Origin: an uncultured virus (IMG/VR IMGVR_UViG_3300025408_000002)
Lineage: Duplodnaviria > Heunggongvirae > Uroviricota > Caudoviricetes
Length of the DNA: 64,000 nucleotides
Virus record (IMG/VR): IMGVR_UViG_3300025408_000002
Strand: one strand, 5' to 3'
Both the position numbers and the translations under genes were made by a program. This document shows, piece after piece, positions 17,289 to 25,840 of this stretch. The stretch's first letter is position 1; each line of letters begins with the position of its first letter. The notes beneath the pieces were generated by a model. The model was not told the origin of the DNA and did not search any database. It was given only the letters and a program-made list of their open reading frames with translations.

Positions 17289-18436
17289 TGGTATGGTACA
17301 ACGAAATAGATCCATTCGCCGCGGAATGGCTTAGAAATCTCATTGACGCGGGAGAAATACCATACGGTGTTGTGGACGAAAGGAGTATAATGGATGTCGC
17401 ACCAAATGAACTTATGGGATACACGCAATGTCATTTCTTCGCAGGCATCGGAGGATGGCCGCGCGCCCTCCGTCTCGCCGGATTTCCCGACGATAGAAAA
17501 ATATGGACCGGATCACCCCCATGCCAACCTTTCTCCGCGGCAGGCAAGCGATCTGGGTTTGCTGACGAGCGGCATTTGTGGCCCGCACTCCACCATCTCC
17601 TCAAAATCTGCCGACCTCCAATGCTCTATATGGAACAGGTTGCGTCAAAGGATGGCCTGCACTGGCTCGATACTGTTCAATCTGACATGGAAAACGAGGG
17701 ATACGCCGTTGCGCCGTTCGATCTATGCGCTGCGGGGATCGGCGCGCACCACAAACGGCAGAGGCTGTACATCGTGGCCTACGCCGATCCAGAACGATGC
17801 ATCGTCAACGCACAGCTACGGAAAAAACAGAGCGGTGATTCTCAAACTGCCGGGAGTGGCGAAGCTCGCGGGTTGGCCGACGCCACTGGCGGGCAACGCA
17901 ACCGGTGGTCCGGAATCACAGACGCGGAAAAAAGAGTTGGGCAGAAAGCGAAGTGGGGGCGGAGATTTGCAGGCCGTCGCCCTGACATCGTGGGTGACAC
18001 CCAACGCGCGGGATTGGAAGGACACACATGGGATGCTACAGAAGCGAAAGGACGGACGAAGCCGTCTCGATCAACTTCCGAGACAGGCGAATCTTGCCCC
18101 ATGGCCGACGCCATGCACGCAGGACGGCCCGAACGGAGGACCGAGCCAGGGAACGGACAGACTGCCCGGAGCGGCTTCTGGAGTGATGCCGAATGGATCC
18201 ATTGTACCGATGGCAAGCTCCGCCCAGCTCAACCCGGCGCATTCCCGCTGGATCATGGGCTTCCCCGAAGTGTGGGACAAATTCAGCCCGCACTATGCGG
18301 ATTACCACACGTGGCAGACTGCACTTCTCTATCTCTCAAACGTGCGAAACGGAATAGACTCGGACGACTGAAGGGATACGGGAATGCGATAGTCCCCGAA
18401 CTGGCCGCGGAATTCATCAGAGCGACAATGCTATGA
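17288..18436 (+). CDS. C5 cytosine DNA methyltransferase, catalytic chain
   Basis: HFFAGIGG, WTGSPPCQPFS, EQV, HKRQRLYIVA, RLKGYGNAIVP. Confidence 0.9.
   Translation: MVWYNEIDPFAAEWLRNLIDAGEIPYGVVDERSIMDVAPNELMGYTQCHFFAGIGGWPRALRLAGFPDDRKIWTGSPPCQPFSAAGKRSGFADERHLWPALHHLLKICRPPMLYMEQVASKDGLHWLDTVQSDMENEGYAVAPFDLCAAGIGAHHKRQRLYIVAYADPERCIVNAQLRKKQSGDSQTAGSGEARGLADATGGQRNRWSGITDAEKRVGQKAKWGRRFAGRRPDIVGDTQRAGLEGHTWDATEAKGRTKPSRSTSETGESCPMADAMHAGRPERRTEPGNGQTARSGFWSDAEWIHCTDGKLRPAQPGAFPLDHGLPRSVGQIQPALCGLPHVADCTSLSLKRAKRNRLGRLKGYGNAIVPELAAEFIRATML
17394..18371 (+). CDS. Nested out-of-frame methyltransferase second chain (target-recognition and motif IX-like)
   Basis: 325-aa ORF wholly inside the MTase gene in the +1 frame; AGGAG 8 nt before ATG; repeated WPTP/WVTP motifs and LNPAHSRWIMGFP. 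Confidence 0.8.
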   Translation: MSHQMNLWDTRNVISSQASEDGRAPSVSPDFPTIEKYGPDHPHANLSPRQASDLGLLTSGICGPHSTISSKSADLQCSIWNRLRQRMACTGSILFNLTWKTRDTPLRRSIYALRGSARTTNGRGCTSWPTPIQNDASSTHSYGKNRAVILKLPGVAKLAGWPTPLAGNATGGPESQTRKKELGRKRSGGGDLQAVALTSWVTPNARDWKDTHGMLQKRKDGRSRLDQLPRQANLAPWPTPCTQDGPNGGPSQGTDRLPGAASGVMPNGSIVPMASSAQLNPAHSRWIMGFPEVWDKFSPHYADYHTWQTALLYLSNVRNGIDSDD

Positions 18437-19386
18437 GAGAAACTTCCCCATCATTCCAATTCATCCCATCTGATTTCCTGGCCGACGGCAATACGTTGGT
18501 AATGTCAGCCGAGGAGATAGGCGCCTATACATTGCTGATGTGCGTGTGCTGGCGCGAGACTGCGTTATCCACTGACATTGAAGAATTGGCGGCGATTGCA
18601 CGCATGGACCCGGAGCGGTTCCGCGAATCCTGGGAGCGCAGAATCAAGCGGTGTTTCCGCCTGAATGACGACGGAACCGGATACATTCACCCGCGACTGG
18701 ACCGTGAACGGCAGAGACAGGAGGAGCGCAGGCAGAGCCAGAGCGAGAATGGAAAGCGCGGAGCGGCCAAACGGTACGGTCAAAAGGGCGAAAACGGCCT
18801 ATTTGATGGGGTAGGCATAGTCACCCCACAGCCACCCCATGGCGAGGCCATAGCGACCCATATAGCGAACGATAGCTCTTCATCTTCATCTTCATTCTCA
18901 TCTTCAGATAATACTCTGGTAGATGCTAACGCATCTACCTTGTCGGCCGAGGCCGACGCTGCTGATGGTGATGGCGGGGTGGACGTGCATAATCGGGATT
19001 ATTCTCGCTGGAAAGAATCGGTGAGAACGGCCTGGAACCGCACCATGGACTCGCCTCCGTTTACGCCTGTGATGAAACTCAGCGGCCAGCGCGAGCGGCA
19101 TCTCCGTGCACGGTACGGCGAAGCTGTTTTTCGCGAGCGTTACCCCGAGATATTCAGCATCGTCAACGAATCACCGTTCTGCAGGGGCTCCGGAAAAACG
19201 GGATTCATCGCCTCGTTCGACTGGATCATCAAGAACGACGCGAATTACACCAAGGTGCTGGAAGGCAAGTACACTGATCGAACAAAAAACCACGTAGGCA
19301 ATGACCACAGGATCGACAAATACAACGACCGCGCTGTCCGCAGCGGACTCATTCCGGCAACTGAAGGGGGCGGGCGCTCCCCCTGA
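18433..19386 (+). CDS. DUF1376/YdaU-like phage replication initiator
   Basis: PSFQFIPSDFLAD...MSAEEIGAYTLLMCVCW; Ser-rich linker; ASFDWII...KVLEGKY. Confidence 0.85.
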   Translation: MRETSPSFQFIPSDFLADGNTLVMSAEEIGAYTLLMCVCWRETALSTDIEELAAIARMDPERFRESWERRIKRCFRLNDDGTGYIHPRLDRERQRQEERRQSQSENGKRGAAKRYGQKGENGLFDGVGIVTPQPPHGEAIATHIANDSSSSSSSFSSSDNTLVDANASTLSAEADAADGDGGVDVHNRDYSRWKESVRTAWNRTMDSPPFTPVMKLSGQRERHLRARYGEAVFRERYPEIFSIVNESPFCRGSGKTGFIASFDWIIKNDANYTKVLEGKYTDRTKNHVGNDHRIDKYNDRAVRSGLIPATEGGGRSP

Positions 19387-19996
19387 ACAACTCAGGGAGG
19401 CGGCCATTCTCGTGGTTATCCGGCGATGGGAACAGCTATCCGGTGCGGACATGACGAAGGACGAACTGGATTGGCTGACCGATACGCTGCTGGAGCAGAA
19501 AATCAGCGAACCGCAACTCAAGCTCGCGGCGCTGTATATCATCTGGCATCCCGAAGGGCCAGTACGATTCAAGCGGCTGGTGCCTGCCAATTTTTTCCCC
19601 AAACCCGAACAGATCGCGGAAGTACACAAGTGCATGGATTACCTCAAGCACCAGACGGAATCGAGCGAGCGCCGCGGCTACCATCGCGGCAAGCTCGACG
19701 GCATGCACGAGGAGCGGCAGCGCTTCGAGGCGAGTATCGAGTATCGCCGATTGCTGGAACGCACCGCCACCGCTGCGGAACTCGACGCCCGACGCATTCA
19801 CCTGGAGAGCAGGGAAGCAGCGGTTGCGGAGGAGTTGGAAGCCATTGTCGAATTGCGCACAGAGCTTGATGTACTCATGCGGCAGGCGATGGACGTGGCG
19901 GAGGAGAAACCCACCGAGCAGAACAAACGCCGGCGTGACCGAATGGTGTCTGTCGGTGCAAAACTGAACCAAATCATGGAGAAGCACGGACGATGA
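19301..19996 (+). CDS. Hypothetical protein (helicase-loader position)
   Basis: 231 aa overlapping the initiator 3' end. Confidence 0.6.
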   Translation: MTTGSTNTTTALSAADSFRQLKGAGAPPEQLREAAILVVIRRWEQLSGADMTKDELDWLTDTLLEQKISEPQLKLAALYIIWHPEGPVRFKRLVPANFFPKPEQIAEVHKCMDYLKHQTESSERRGYHRGKLDGMHEERQRFEASIEYRRLLERTATAAELDARRIHLESREAAVAEELEAIVELRTELDVLMRQAMDVAEEKPTEQNKRRRDRMVSVGAKLNQIMEKHGR

Positions 19997-20382
19997 CACA
20001 CATCATTGGTAAATGGATCGACGTAATAGTATGGTGCACATTCAGGTTGCTCATGTTCATGGTTGCAATAGCATTCACCTGTTGCACGGTGCACGCACAA
20101 CAGTTTGTGCCATGCTCGCAGATGGACAGCGCTAGGGCCGCGAATCCTTTGGGGAATTTCATCATTACGCATTCGGTAGTTGAAACATATTGGATGGGGC
20201 GCGACTCATCTACGATAAAGGACATTCAACTGGAAGTCCTTTATGCACCAAACGATAGATTCATCGGAATGGTGCGGGACACCATTTACACACATCGCCC
20301 GGTAGAAATAGCATGCTGGATAAAGTGCGAGCATTGTGGTAAAAGATGGACTCGCATAAATGGTATTATCCGCAAGAGGTAA
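19993..20382 (+). CDS. Exported Cys-containing protein
   Basis: Hydrophobic leader ending VHA-QQ; DSA, DSS, DTI motifs; CEHC. Confidence 0.55.
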   Translation: MTHIIGKWIDVIVWCTFRLLMFMVAIAFTCCTVHAQQFVPCSQMDSARAANPLGNFIITHSVVETYWMGRDSSTIKDIQLEVLYAPNDRFIGMVRDTIYTHRPVEIACWIKCEHCGKRWTRINGIIRKR

Positions 20383-20509
20383 GAATAATGCATCCTGATA
20401 CCGAGTATAAGCTGTTTCGCACATGGTGCATTTTTGCCGTGGTGTCCTCAATGATTCATTTGGTGGCACTGCTGGTGCTTAGTGCTGTCGCTCTGGTGGC
20501 AAGTTTGCT

Positions 20510-20866
20510 ATGACGAACGACGCACCGCCGCCCACCGATCACGACCTCCCGCCGTCGCAGGTCTACGGCGCCGAACCAGGCGAGGAATGCGTTACGCCCG
20601 GCAATGTTGCGAGCATGCTATCGATGCTTCGCGCCTGCGACGTGAACGACCCGCGCGCACAGGTGTGGATCGTGAGTAAACTCGCGGCCGTGGAAATCAC
20701 CGACCTGTCGCATCTCTCGCGCGATGTCTGGCGCCGCATGCGCGATGCTTGGTATCCGCGCTGGATCAACAACGATTGGACCCCGTCACCCTACATCCGC
20801 AACGAAATCCGCCGGCTGCTACGGCAGTTCACCGAGGATGTACTCGGGCAGCAATCCCTTTTCTGA
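20510..20866 (+). CDS. Hypothetical protein
   Basis: 118-aa ORF ending GQQSLF. Confidence 0.55.
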   Translation: MTNDAPPPTDHDLPPSQVYGAEPGEECVTPGNVASMLSMLRACDVNDPRAQVWIVSKLAAVEITDLSHLSRDVWRRMRDAWYPRWINNDWTPSPYIRNEIRRLLRQFTEDVLGQQSLF

Positions 20867-20891
20867 TGAACTCATACACACTGGAGAAGCC

Positions 20892-21362
20892 ATGTTCAAG
20901 AAAATCCGCCTCCGCATCCGTCGCGCCATTATGGGCCGAAAGCTTTTGAAAACGGCTATGGTGGCGCACGAAGTCAACCGCGCCTATTGTCAGGCCATCG
21001 GCGACAACTCGCAGCCACCGTGGGACGAAGCGCCCGAATGGCAGAAGAAAAGCGCCATATTCGGTGTCCTCTACCATCTCGCCCACCCCGACAGCAAGCC
21101 GTCCGATTCGCACGACAACTGGATGCGCGACAAAATCAAGGACGGCTGGACCTGGGGCCCGGTCAAGGATCCCCAAAAACGCGAGCACCCCTGCATGGTG
21201 CCATTCGATCATCTTCCCGTCGAGCAGCGCGCGAAGGATCACCTGTTCCTCGCCGTTGTGCGCGCGCTCGAGTTCGACATTCACCCCAACGAAGCTCTCG
21301 CAAAGATCGTCAGCGAGATCGAATGGAAGAGGAGCTTGCAGGAACGGGACGGCGCCAAATGA
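20892..21362 (+). CDS. RyR-domain protein
   Basis: AHEVNRAYC...SHDNWMRDKIKDGWTWGPVKDPQKREHPCMVPFDHLPVEQRAKD matches the RyR repeat pattern. Confidence 0.85.
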   Translation: MFKKIRLRIRRAIMGRKLLKTAMVAHEVNRAYCQAIGDNSQPPWDEAPEWQKKSAIFGVLYHLAHPDSKPSDSHDNWMRDKIKDGWTWGPVKDPQKREHPCMVPFDHLPVEQRAKDHLFLAVVRALEFDIHPNEALAKIVSEIEWKRSLQERDGAK

Positions 21363-21778
21363 ACCAAGGCATCGACTGTCCCTGCTGCGGGCGCAAATCG
21401 CAAAATCGGGACCACATCGAAAGCATCACCAAGTGGGTGCGGGAGCTGAACAGTCTCCGCGGCATGCACGAGCGATTGCAGAACTACCTGGTTCTCATTC
21501 GCATGGGCTTCTACCGCCTCGCCCGACGCACCAACACCACACAGTTCACCGTCACCAAATCCGAAGCGGAATTCATGCCGCACGACTGGCAGGACCGCAT
21601 CATTATCCGAAAATCCAATCTCGACGATGGAGGAATGGTTTATGAAATTGCGGAAATCGGCGATTCGCAACCTACTGGCCGCAAAAACGGAGCGGCAACG
21701 ACATCTGCAGGCGAGACTGGAGGAAGCCGAGCGGACGATCCGGCTGACGGAGACAGCATTCCGCTTGACCACCCTTGA
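21359..21778 (+). CDS. Hypothetical protein
   Basis: MNQGIDCPCCG..., ATGA coupling. Confidence 0.55.
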   Translation: MNQGIDCPCCGRKSQNRDHIESITKWVRELNSLRGMHERLQNYLVLIRMGFYRLARRTNTTQFTVTKSEAEFMPHDWQDRIIIRKSNLDDGGMVYEIAEIGDSQPTGRKNGAATTSAGETGGSRADDPADGDSIPLDHP

Positions 21779-21977
21779 GGAGATATGCGGCGTCTCCAAC
21801 GCACATTTCACCCTCGACCGGCGCGTGACCATCATGTTCGAAGTGCTCGGGCATCCACCGTATTACGATCAGCTCTTCGCGTTGCTCTGTCAAAGAGTGT
21901 ACGTGCAGCAGCGCCGCATCGATGAGTACCGAGAGATGTATAAAAAACTCAAGCAACAGCACACCCAGGAGGAGTGA
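21642..21977 (+). CDS. Hypothetical coiled-coil protein
   Basis: GGAGG RBS; overlaps the low-complexity tail of the upstream ORF. Confidence 0.55.
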   Translation: MKLRKSAIRNLLAAKTERQRHLQARLEEAERTIRLTETAFRLTTLEEICGVSNAHFTLDRRVTIMFEVLGHPPYYDQLFALLCQRVYVQQRRIDEYREMYKKLKQQHTQEE

Positions 21978-22354
21978 CAATGGATACGGAAAAGATTGAA
22001 GGCTCAGTTTACAAGTATGACAAGTGCGCAGACTGCGGTGGATATGTGAGATGGAAACCCCGAGCCCACGACAAACTCGTTAGGAAAAACCCGATTATTT
22101 GTGTCCCATGCCTTGAAGAACGCACGCGATTTTTGCACGAAAGATTCGCCACTCGGAGCATCTCGGTAAGTGCAAGCAAATACACTGGAATCGAGGTAAG
22201 AACCACAGAAGCAGATGGTGAGAAAAATCTAAACTGTCTGGATGTATTTGATCCCTGCGTCGCCGAGATTCTGCAAAAAAACTACGGATGGATGCCGCCC
22301 GAAGCTGGCACACAGCCAACGGAACCTTTGGCGGAGCAGGCAACAGAGCCATGA
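21974..22354 (+). CDS. Zn-finger-like hypothetical protein
   Basis: CADCG...CVPC. Confidence 0.55.
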   Translation: MTMDTEKIEGSVYKYDKCADCGGYVRWKPRAHDKLVRKNPIICVPCLEERTRFLHERFATRSISVSASKYTGIEVRTTEADGEKNLNCLDVFDPCVAEILQKNYGWMPPEAGTQPTEPLAEQATEP

Positions 22355-22557
22355 CAACGCTATCGGATGAAGTCCTCGATGCGCTTGGCCGCATCCTGGA
22401 TGGAGACTGCCCATTTATCCTTGCGTACAAAGACCCAGATACGAACATCGTCTGGATGTATGAGAATGGAGACCATCTGATTCAGGCCGGGCTACTCAAC
22501 TACCTGACGGATCACATTAACAACCCGCAACTCCCCGACGAGGACGAAGATGGCTGA
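22351..22557 (+). CDS. Small hypothetical protein
   Basis: MTTLSDEVLDALGRILDG..., ATGA coupling. Confidence 0.55.
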   Translation: MTTLSDEVLDALGRILDGDCPFILAYKDPDTNIVWMYENGDHLIQAGLLNYLTDHINNPQLPDEDEDG

Positions 22558-23128
22558 ACCGGCGCATTCCGAGTTAATCAACTACCTGAAAAGGGGTTCG
22601 ATTCCAGTATCGCTGAACCGAAGAACGTTGATCTCGTGTCGCATGACGACTTTTTCTTGCGCCATGAATTTCATCAAACACGCAATCAATATCACACCCA
22701 CAGGAGAAACAGCCATGGAAGAACTCACACCGCATGAGGTCATCAGAAAAACCACTGGCATCGGCGGAGAAAAACCCTGCCCGCCGGAGCCGTGCAGCCC
22801 CGACAATGATAATGACATTCTCAGTTTAGGAAATCTCGAAAATGTACTGTCCGGCATCGACAGCAACCTTGCCAGCGTGGTACTCGAATTGTCGGAAGTG
22901 CTGGAAACACTGGCGCCCCTCGGCTTTGATTATGACAGCCTGAAAAAGTATCGCGAGGCAGTATTCAGCGGCAATAAAGAGTGTCTCACTCTGACCAGAC
23001 TGCTGAATACTGCCAGCATGCTGCGGAGGAGCACGGACGTTCTAGATCATTTTGTGCGCGTGCTCAGAAAACGGGTTGTTGCACCGCCGTATCAGCCCGA
23101 CGATCACGAGCCGTGGGAGAAATCGTAA
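22550..23128 (+). CDS. Hypothetical protein
   Basis: 192-aa ORF; true start may be the internal MEELTP. Confidence 0.5.
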   Translation: MAEPAHSELINYLKRGSIPVSLNRRTLISCRMTTFSCAMNFIKHAINITPTGETAMEELTPHEVIRKTTGIGGEKPCPPEPCSPDNDNDILSLGNLENVLSGIDSNLASVVLELSEVLETLAPLGFDYDSLKKYREAVFSGNKECLTLTRLLNTASMLRRSTDVLDHFVRVLRKRVVAPPYQPDDHEPWEKS

Positions 23129-23512
23129 ACGCTATAGCGGTGCACCGATAGCTCTGGTGGCGTATGGAAGCGCAAATCTCTATGCCCTGATATGCAGCGG
23201 TCTTGGTTATGTAGTTGTGGGGGAAACCCACATTCAAGGAGGTGATGAAACTTGACGCTCGAAGAACTCATGCGACACATGAAAGCAGTCAATCGCTCGA
23301 AGATACATCCGAGCACCATGCCACCACGCCCGGCGGCCATACGCTGACCGGGCATGAAAGCGATTCGCCACGGGCAGCGCACGCTTGCGCAAGCACCGGA
23401 AGGCCCTTGGCATAGGGCGCCTCTTGAGACATCTCTTTCCGGGCAAGGGGCCGGAGAACGGTAGGAACGCGGCCCCTCCGTGGCAACTTATTTTCACCTA
23501 TCGAGGCAAATC

Positions 23513-24223
23513 ATGAGCAGCAACAGCGATAAAGACCCGGCGGCAAACGACATACCACCCGAACTCGAGAATCATCCTGGGCGTGAACCGCTTGTGAACC
23601 AAAACCGGGAAATGTTTGCGCTTGCATATATCAAGCATGTACGCACACGCGACCGCGGTACCGCAGCCGCGATCGATGCTGGATACTCCAAACGGAGCGC
23701 AGCGAGCACCGCCTCGAATCTGTTGAAACAGCCGGCGGTAAAGGAGCGCGTTGAATATCTCGGCAAGCTGATGCTGCATCGCCAGGCAATGGGCGCGCAT
23801 GAGGCCATGGCTGAACTCGCGAGCATTGCCAGGGCCGATATGCGGCGCATTATCAGGAACATCGGTACTCATATGGTGGAAGTGGGCACAACCAAGGACG
23901 GCAAGCCCATCATCAAACCCGAGTACGTGATAGACTTCCTCCCGTTCGAGGAAATGGACACAAGCATCATCAAGCGCGTCTACATGGACCGCTCGGGCCG
24001 CCCCGTGATCGAACTCCACGACAAGGTAAGCGCTCTGGATCGCGTCAACCGCATTCATGGCCTCTACAAGGAGCCCGACGACCCAAAGGACGCGCTCCCC
24101 AAGGCCAAAATCGGTGCGGAAACCGATGCCGCGAGAGCTGCATTGGACCAGTCCGCCGCCCAAAGCAGCGCGAAGAAAACGCAGGAAAAGCGTCCGAAAT
24201 CCGAACAGCCAAAATCGCAGTAG
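23513..24223 (+). CDS. terS: Terminase small subunit
   Basis: FALAYIKH...TAAAIDAGYSKRSAASTASNLLKQPAVKERV...IELHDKVSAL. Confidence 0.85.
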   Translation: MSSNSDKDPAANDIPPELENHPGREPLVNQNREMFALAYIKHVRTRDRGTAAAIDAGYSKRSAASTASNLLKQPAVKERVEYLGKLMLHRQAMGAHEAMAELASIARADMRRIIRNIGTHMVEVGTTKDGKPIIKPEYVIDFLPFEEMDTSIIKRVYMDRSGRPVIELHDKVSALDRVNRIHGLYKEPDDPKDALPKAKIGAETDAARAALDQSAAQSSAKKTQEKRPKSEQPKSQ

Positions 24224-24295
24224 CTTACTGCCATAATGTCCAACAACGAAAATCTCCCCGCGCGGGAGGATTAACCCATCATTTGCAGGAGATGA

Positions 24296-24320
24296 AAAAG
24301 GGCCCATTGCTGGGCCCTTT
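24296..24320. terminator. Hairpin between convergent genes
   Basis: AAAAGGGCCCA-TTGC-TGGGCCCTTT. Confidence 0.7.
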
Positions 24321-24342
24321 CCTATTCATCGCCGATTACCGA

Positions 24343-24828
24343 TCACACCGGCACAACGCGGAATTCCAGATTCGGGAAGGTGTTGCGCACCTTGCCCGCG
24401 AGTGCTTCCGCCTCCTCGGGGGTGTTGTACCGCGCCCGAGGCAATCCGGTGTCGTCGCGCGCAGGCCATTCGACGTTGTGCTCGAACGGGCCGCCACCAA
24501 CCACAACGTAGCCGATCTCTCCGTTAACCGGGTCCGTGCACTCGATGTCGTACAGGGGCGGGCGGTTGGCTTCTGCTTCCGCGGCTGCGCGGTCATGCTC
24601 AACCTTCTCGCGAAGCGCCTTCTCCACGTCCTCAATGGTGAAATCGACCGAGGGGAAACCGTGGCGCTCAATGTAATTCTGCACATCGGCCCACAGCAGC
24701 GAAGCGAGGTCTTCCACGGATTCGACATCAGGCCACACGTGGATGATCTTGTAGGCGTTTGCGTAATCCAAGGATTTGAGCACCAGGTACTCAAAGGTGG
24801 GCGGCAGGGGCTTCATTTTCGACAACAT
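24343..24828 (-). CDS. Hypothetical acidic protein (moron-like)
   Basis: GGAGG RBS before ATG 24828; opposite strand to the phage operons. Confidence 0.7.
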   Translation of the reverse strand: MLSKMKPLPPTFEYLVLKSLDYANAYKIIHVWPDVESVEDLASLLWADVQNYIERHGFPSVDFTIEDVEKALREKVEHDRAAAEAEANRPPLYDIECTDPVNGEIGYVVVGGGPFEHNVEWPARDDTGLPRARYNTPEEAEALAGKVRNTFPNLEFRVVPV

Positions 24829-25169
24829 GGCATCCTCCGTTGAAAAAATGTTGACTGATTCCACGTCGTTAAACTAACGCGAAAATGATTTGTTCCCAAG
24901 GCGGGAACATTCACATCCACGGCACGTTGAAGGGTTGGAATCAGTCACCAAACCAACGGAGGATGTCATGTCACTCAATCCCAGCAATCTCGGAAACGGC
25001 CGCGAGCAGTATGAGACGTTCGAGCATCGCGGAAAAGAGTTTGTGCAGTACGACTACCGAGCCGAAGACGGCGAATTGTTCTCCTGCGTGGCGCCGACAC
25101 TCGAGAAGTGCCGCGAGAAGCGGGATGCTTGGATTTCGTCCCGTCCCCGTTGAGGACTGATTCCACCCT
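24826..25169. repeat. Three-copy TGGAATCAGTC...CAACGG(A)GGA repeat (two minus, one plus)
   Basis: Copies at 24826-24863 (-), 24936-24970 (+), 25142-25169 (-). Confidence 0.85.
24968..25153 (+). CDS. DUF3873-like small protein
   Basis: EQYETF...QYDYRAEDGELFSCVAPTLEKCREKRDAW; GGAGG RBS. Confidence 0.75.
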   Translation: MSLNPSNLGNGREQYETFEHRGKEFVQYDYRAEDGELFSCVAPTLEKCREKRDAWISSRPR

Positions 25170-25184
25170 CCCATACGGGACGCT

Positions 25185-25211
25185 GGGCCGGAGCAATCCG
25201 GCCCTTTTTTT
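25185..25211 (+). terminator. Rho-independent terminator
   Basis: GGGCCGGA-GCAA-TCCGGCCC followed by a T7 run. Confidence 0.9.
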
Positions 25212-25261
25212 GTGCCCTCTCCGAAGCGTAACACATTGCATTGCAACAACATGCGCGAGAT

Positions 25262-25277
25262 TGTTTCACGTGAAACA
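25262..25277. promoter_or_regulatory. parS: parS centromere-like site
   Basis: Perfect palindrome TGTTTCACGTGAAACA, the canonical bacterial chromosomal parS consensus. Confidence 0.85.
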
Positions 25278-25298
25278 CGAAGCGCCGCGCGTATCCAC

Positions 25299-25327
25299 TT
25301 GACATCGCATTCCTGATTCGCTATATT
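25299..25327 (+). promoter_or_regulatory. Sigma70-like promoter upstream of the lysis/morphogenesis operon
   Basis: TTGACA-17 bp-TATATT. Confidence 0.65.
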
Positions 25328-25380
25328 CCCTCCCGTATAACTTTAAGTGTTTGCCATAACACATTAACGGGCAACGGGTT

Positions 25381-25776
25381 ATGGAAAATGAGAGCATGCG
25401 GTACGAGGTAGTGGAGGGCGTGAGTGAACGCCTGCCCGAGGGAACGGTATCCCCCGGACCCTATTACACCCTCTGCGCATCGCTCACGTCCATTGCCGGC
25501 ACGATTGCCCAGGCGAGGAAATGGGCTCCAACCGCAGCGCGCGTGCGGATGGATCGTGACCTGATCCGCATGGTATCGGTGTCGAAGTATGCCGATCCGT
25601 TGCTGGGTGGTCAGGCCGCCGATGATACAGAGCTTGCTTTGTTCCTGCACCGCGACGCATCCATCCCGGTTCCTCCCGAAAGCATTGACACCATCGTCAA
25701 ACTGTCTCGTGCCGCAGCGGACGCGCAAATAGCGCTGATCCGCGCCATGATCCCGTTTGTACCACAACCTGCGTAG
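25381..25776 (+). CDS. Hypothetical protein
   Basis: 131-aa ORF after the promoter. Confidence 0.6.
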   Translation: MENESMRYEVVEGVSERLPEGTVSPGPYYTLCASLTSIAGTIAQARKWAPTAARVRMDRDLIRMVSVSKYADPLLGGQAADDTELALFLHRDASIPVPPESIDTIVKLSRAAADAQIALIRAMIPFVPQPA

Positions 25777-25840
25777 GGGGTGGAGGTTACGGACTGTCTT
25801 GCCCGTCCCACCGTGGTCTCTGCCCCCCGCTCCTATACCC

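Noticed and set aside
18888..18907. TCTTCA short tandem repeat
   Set aside because: Encodes the ordinary Ser-rich linker of phage replication initiators
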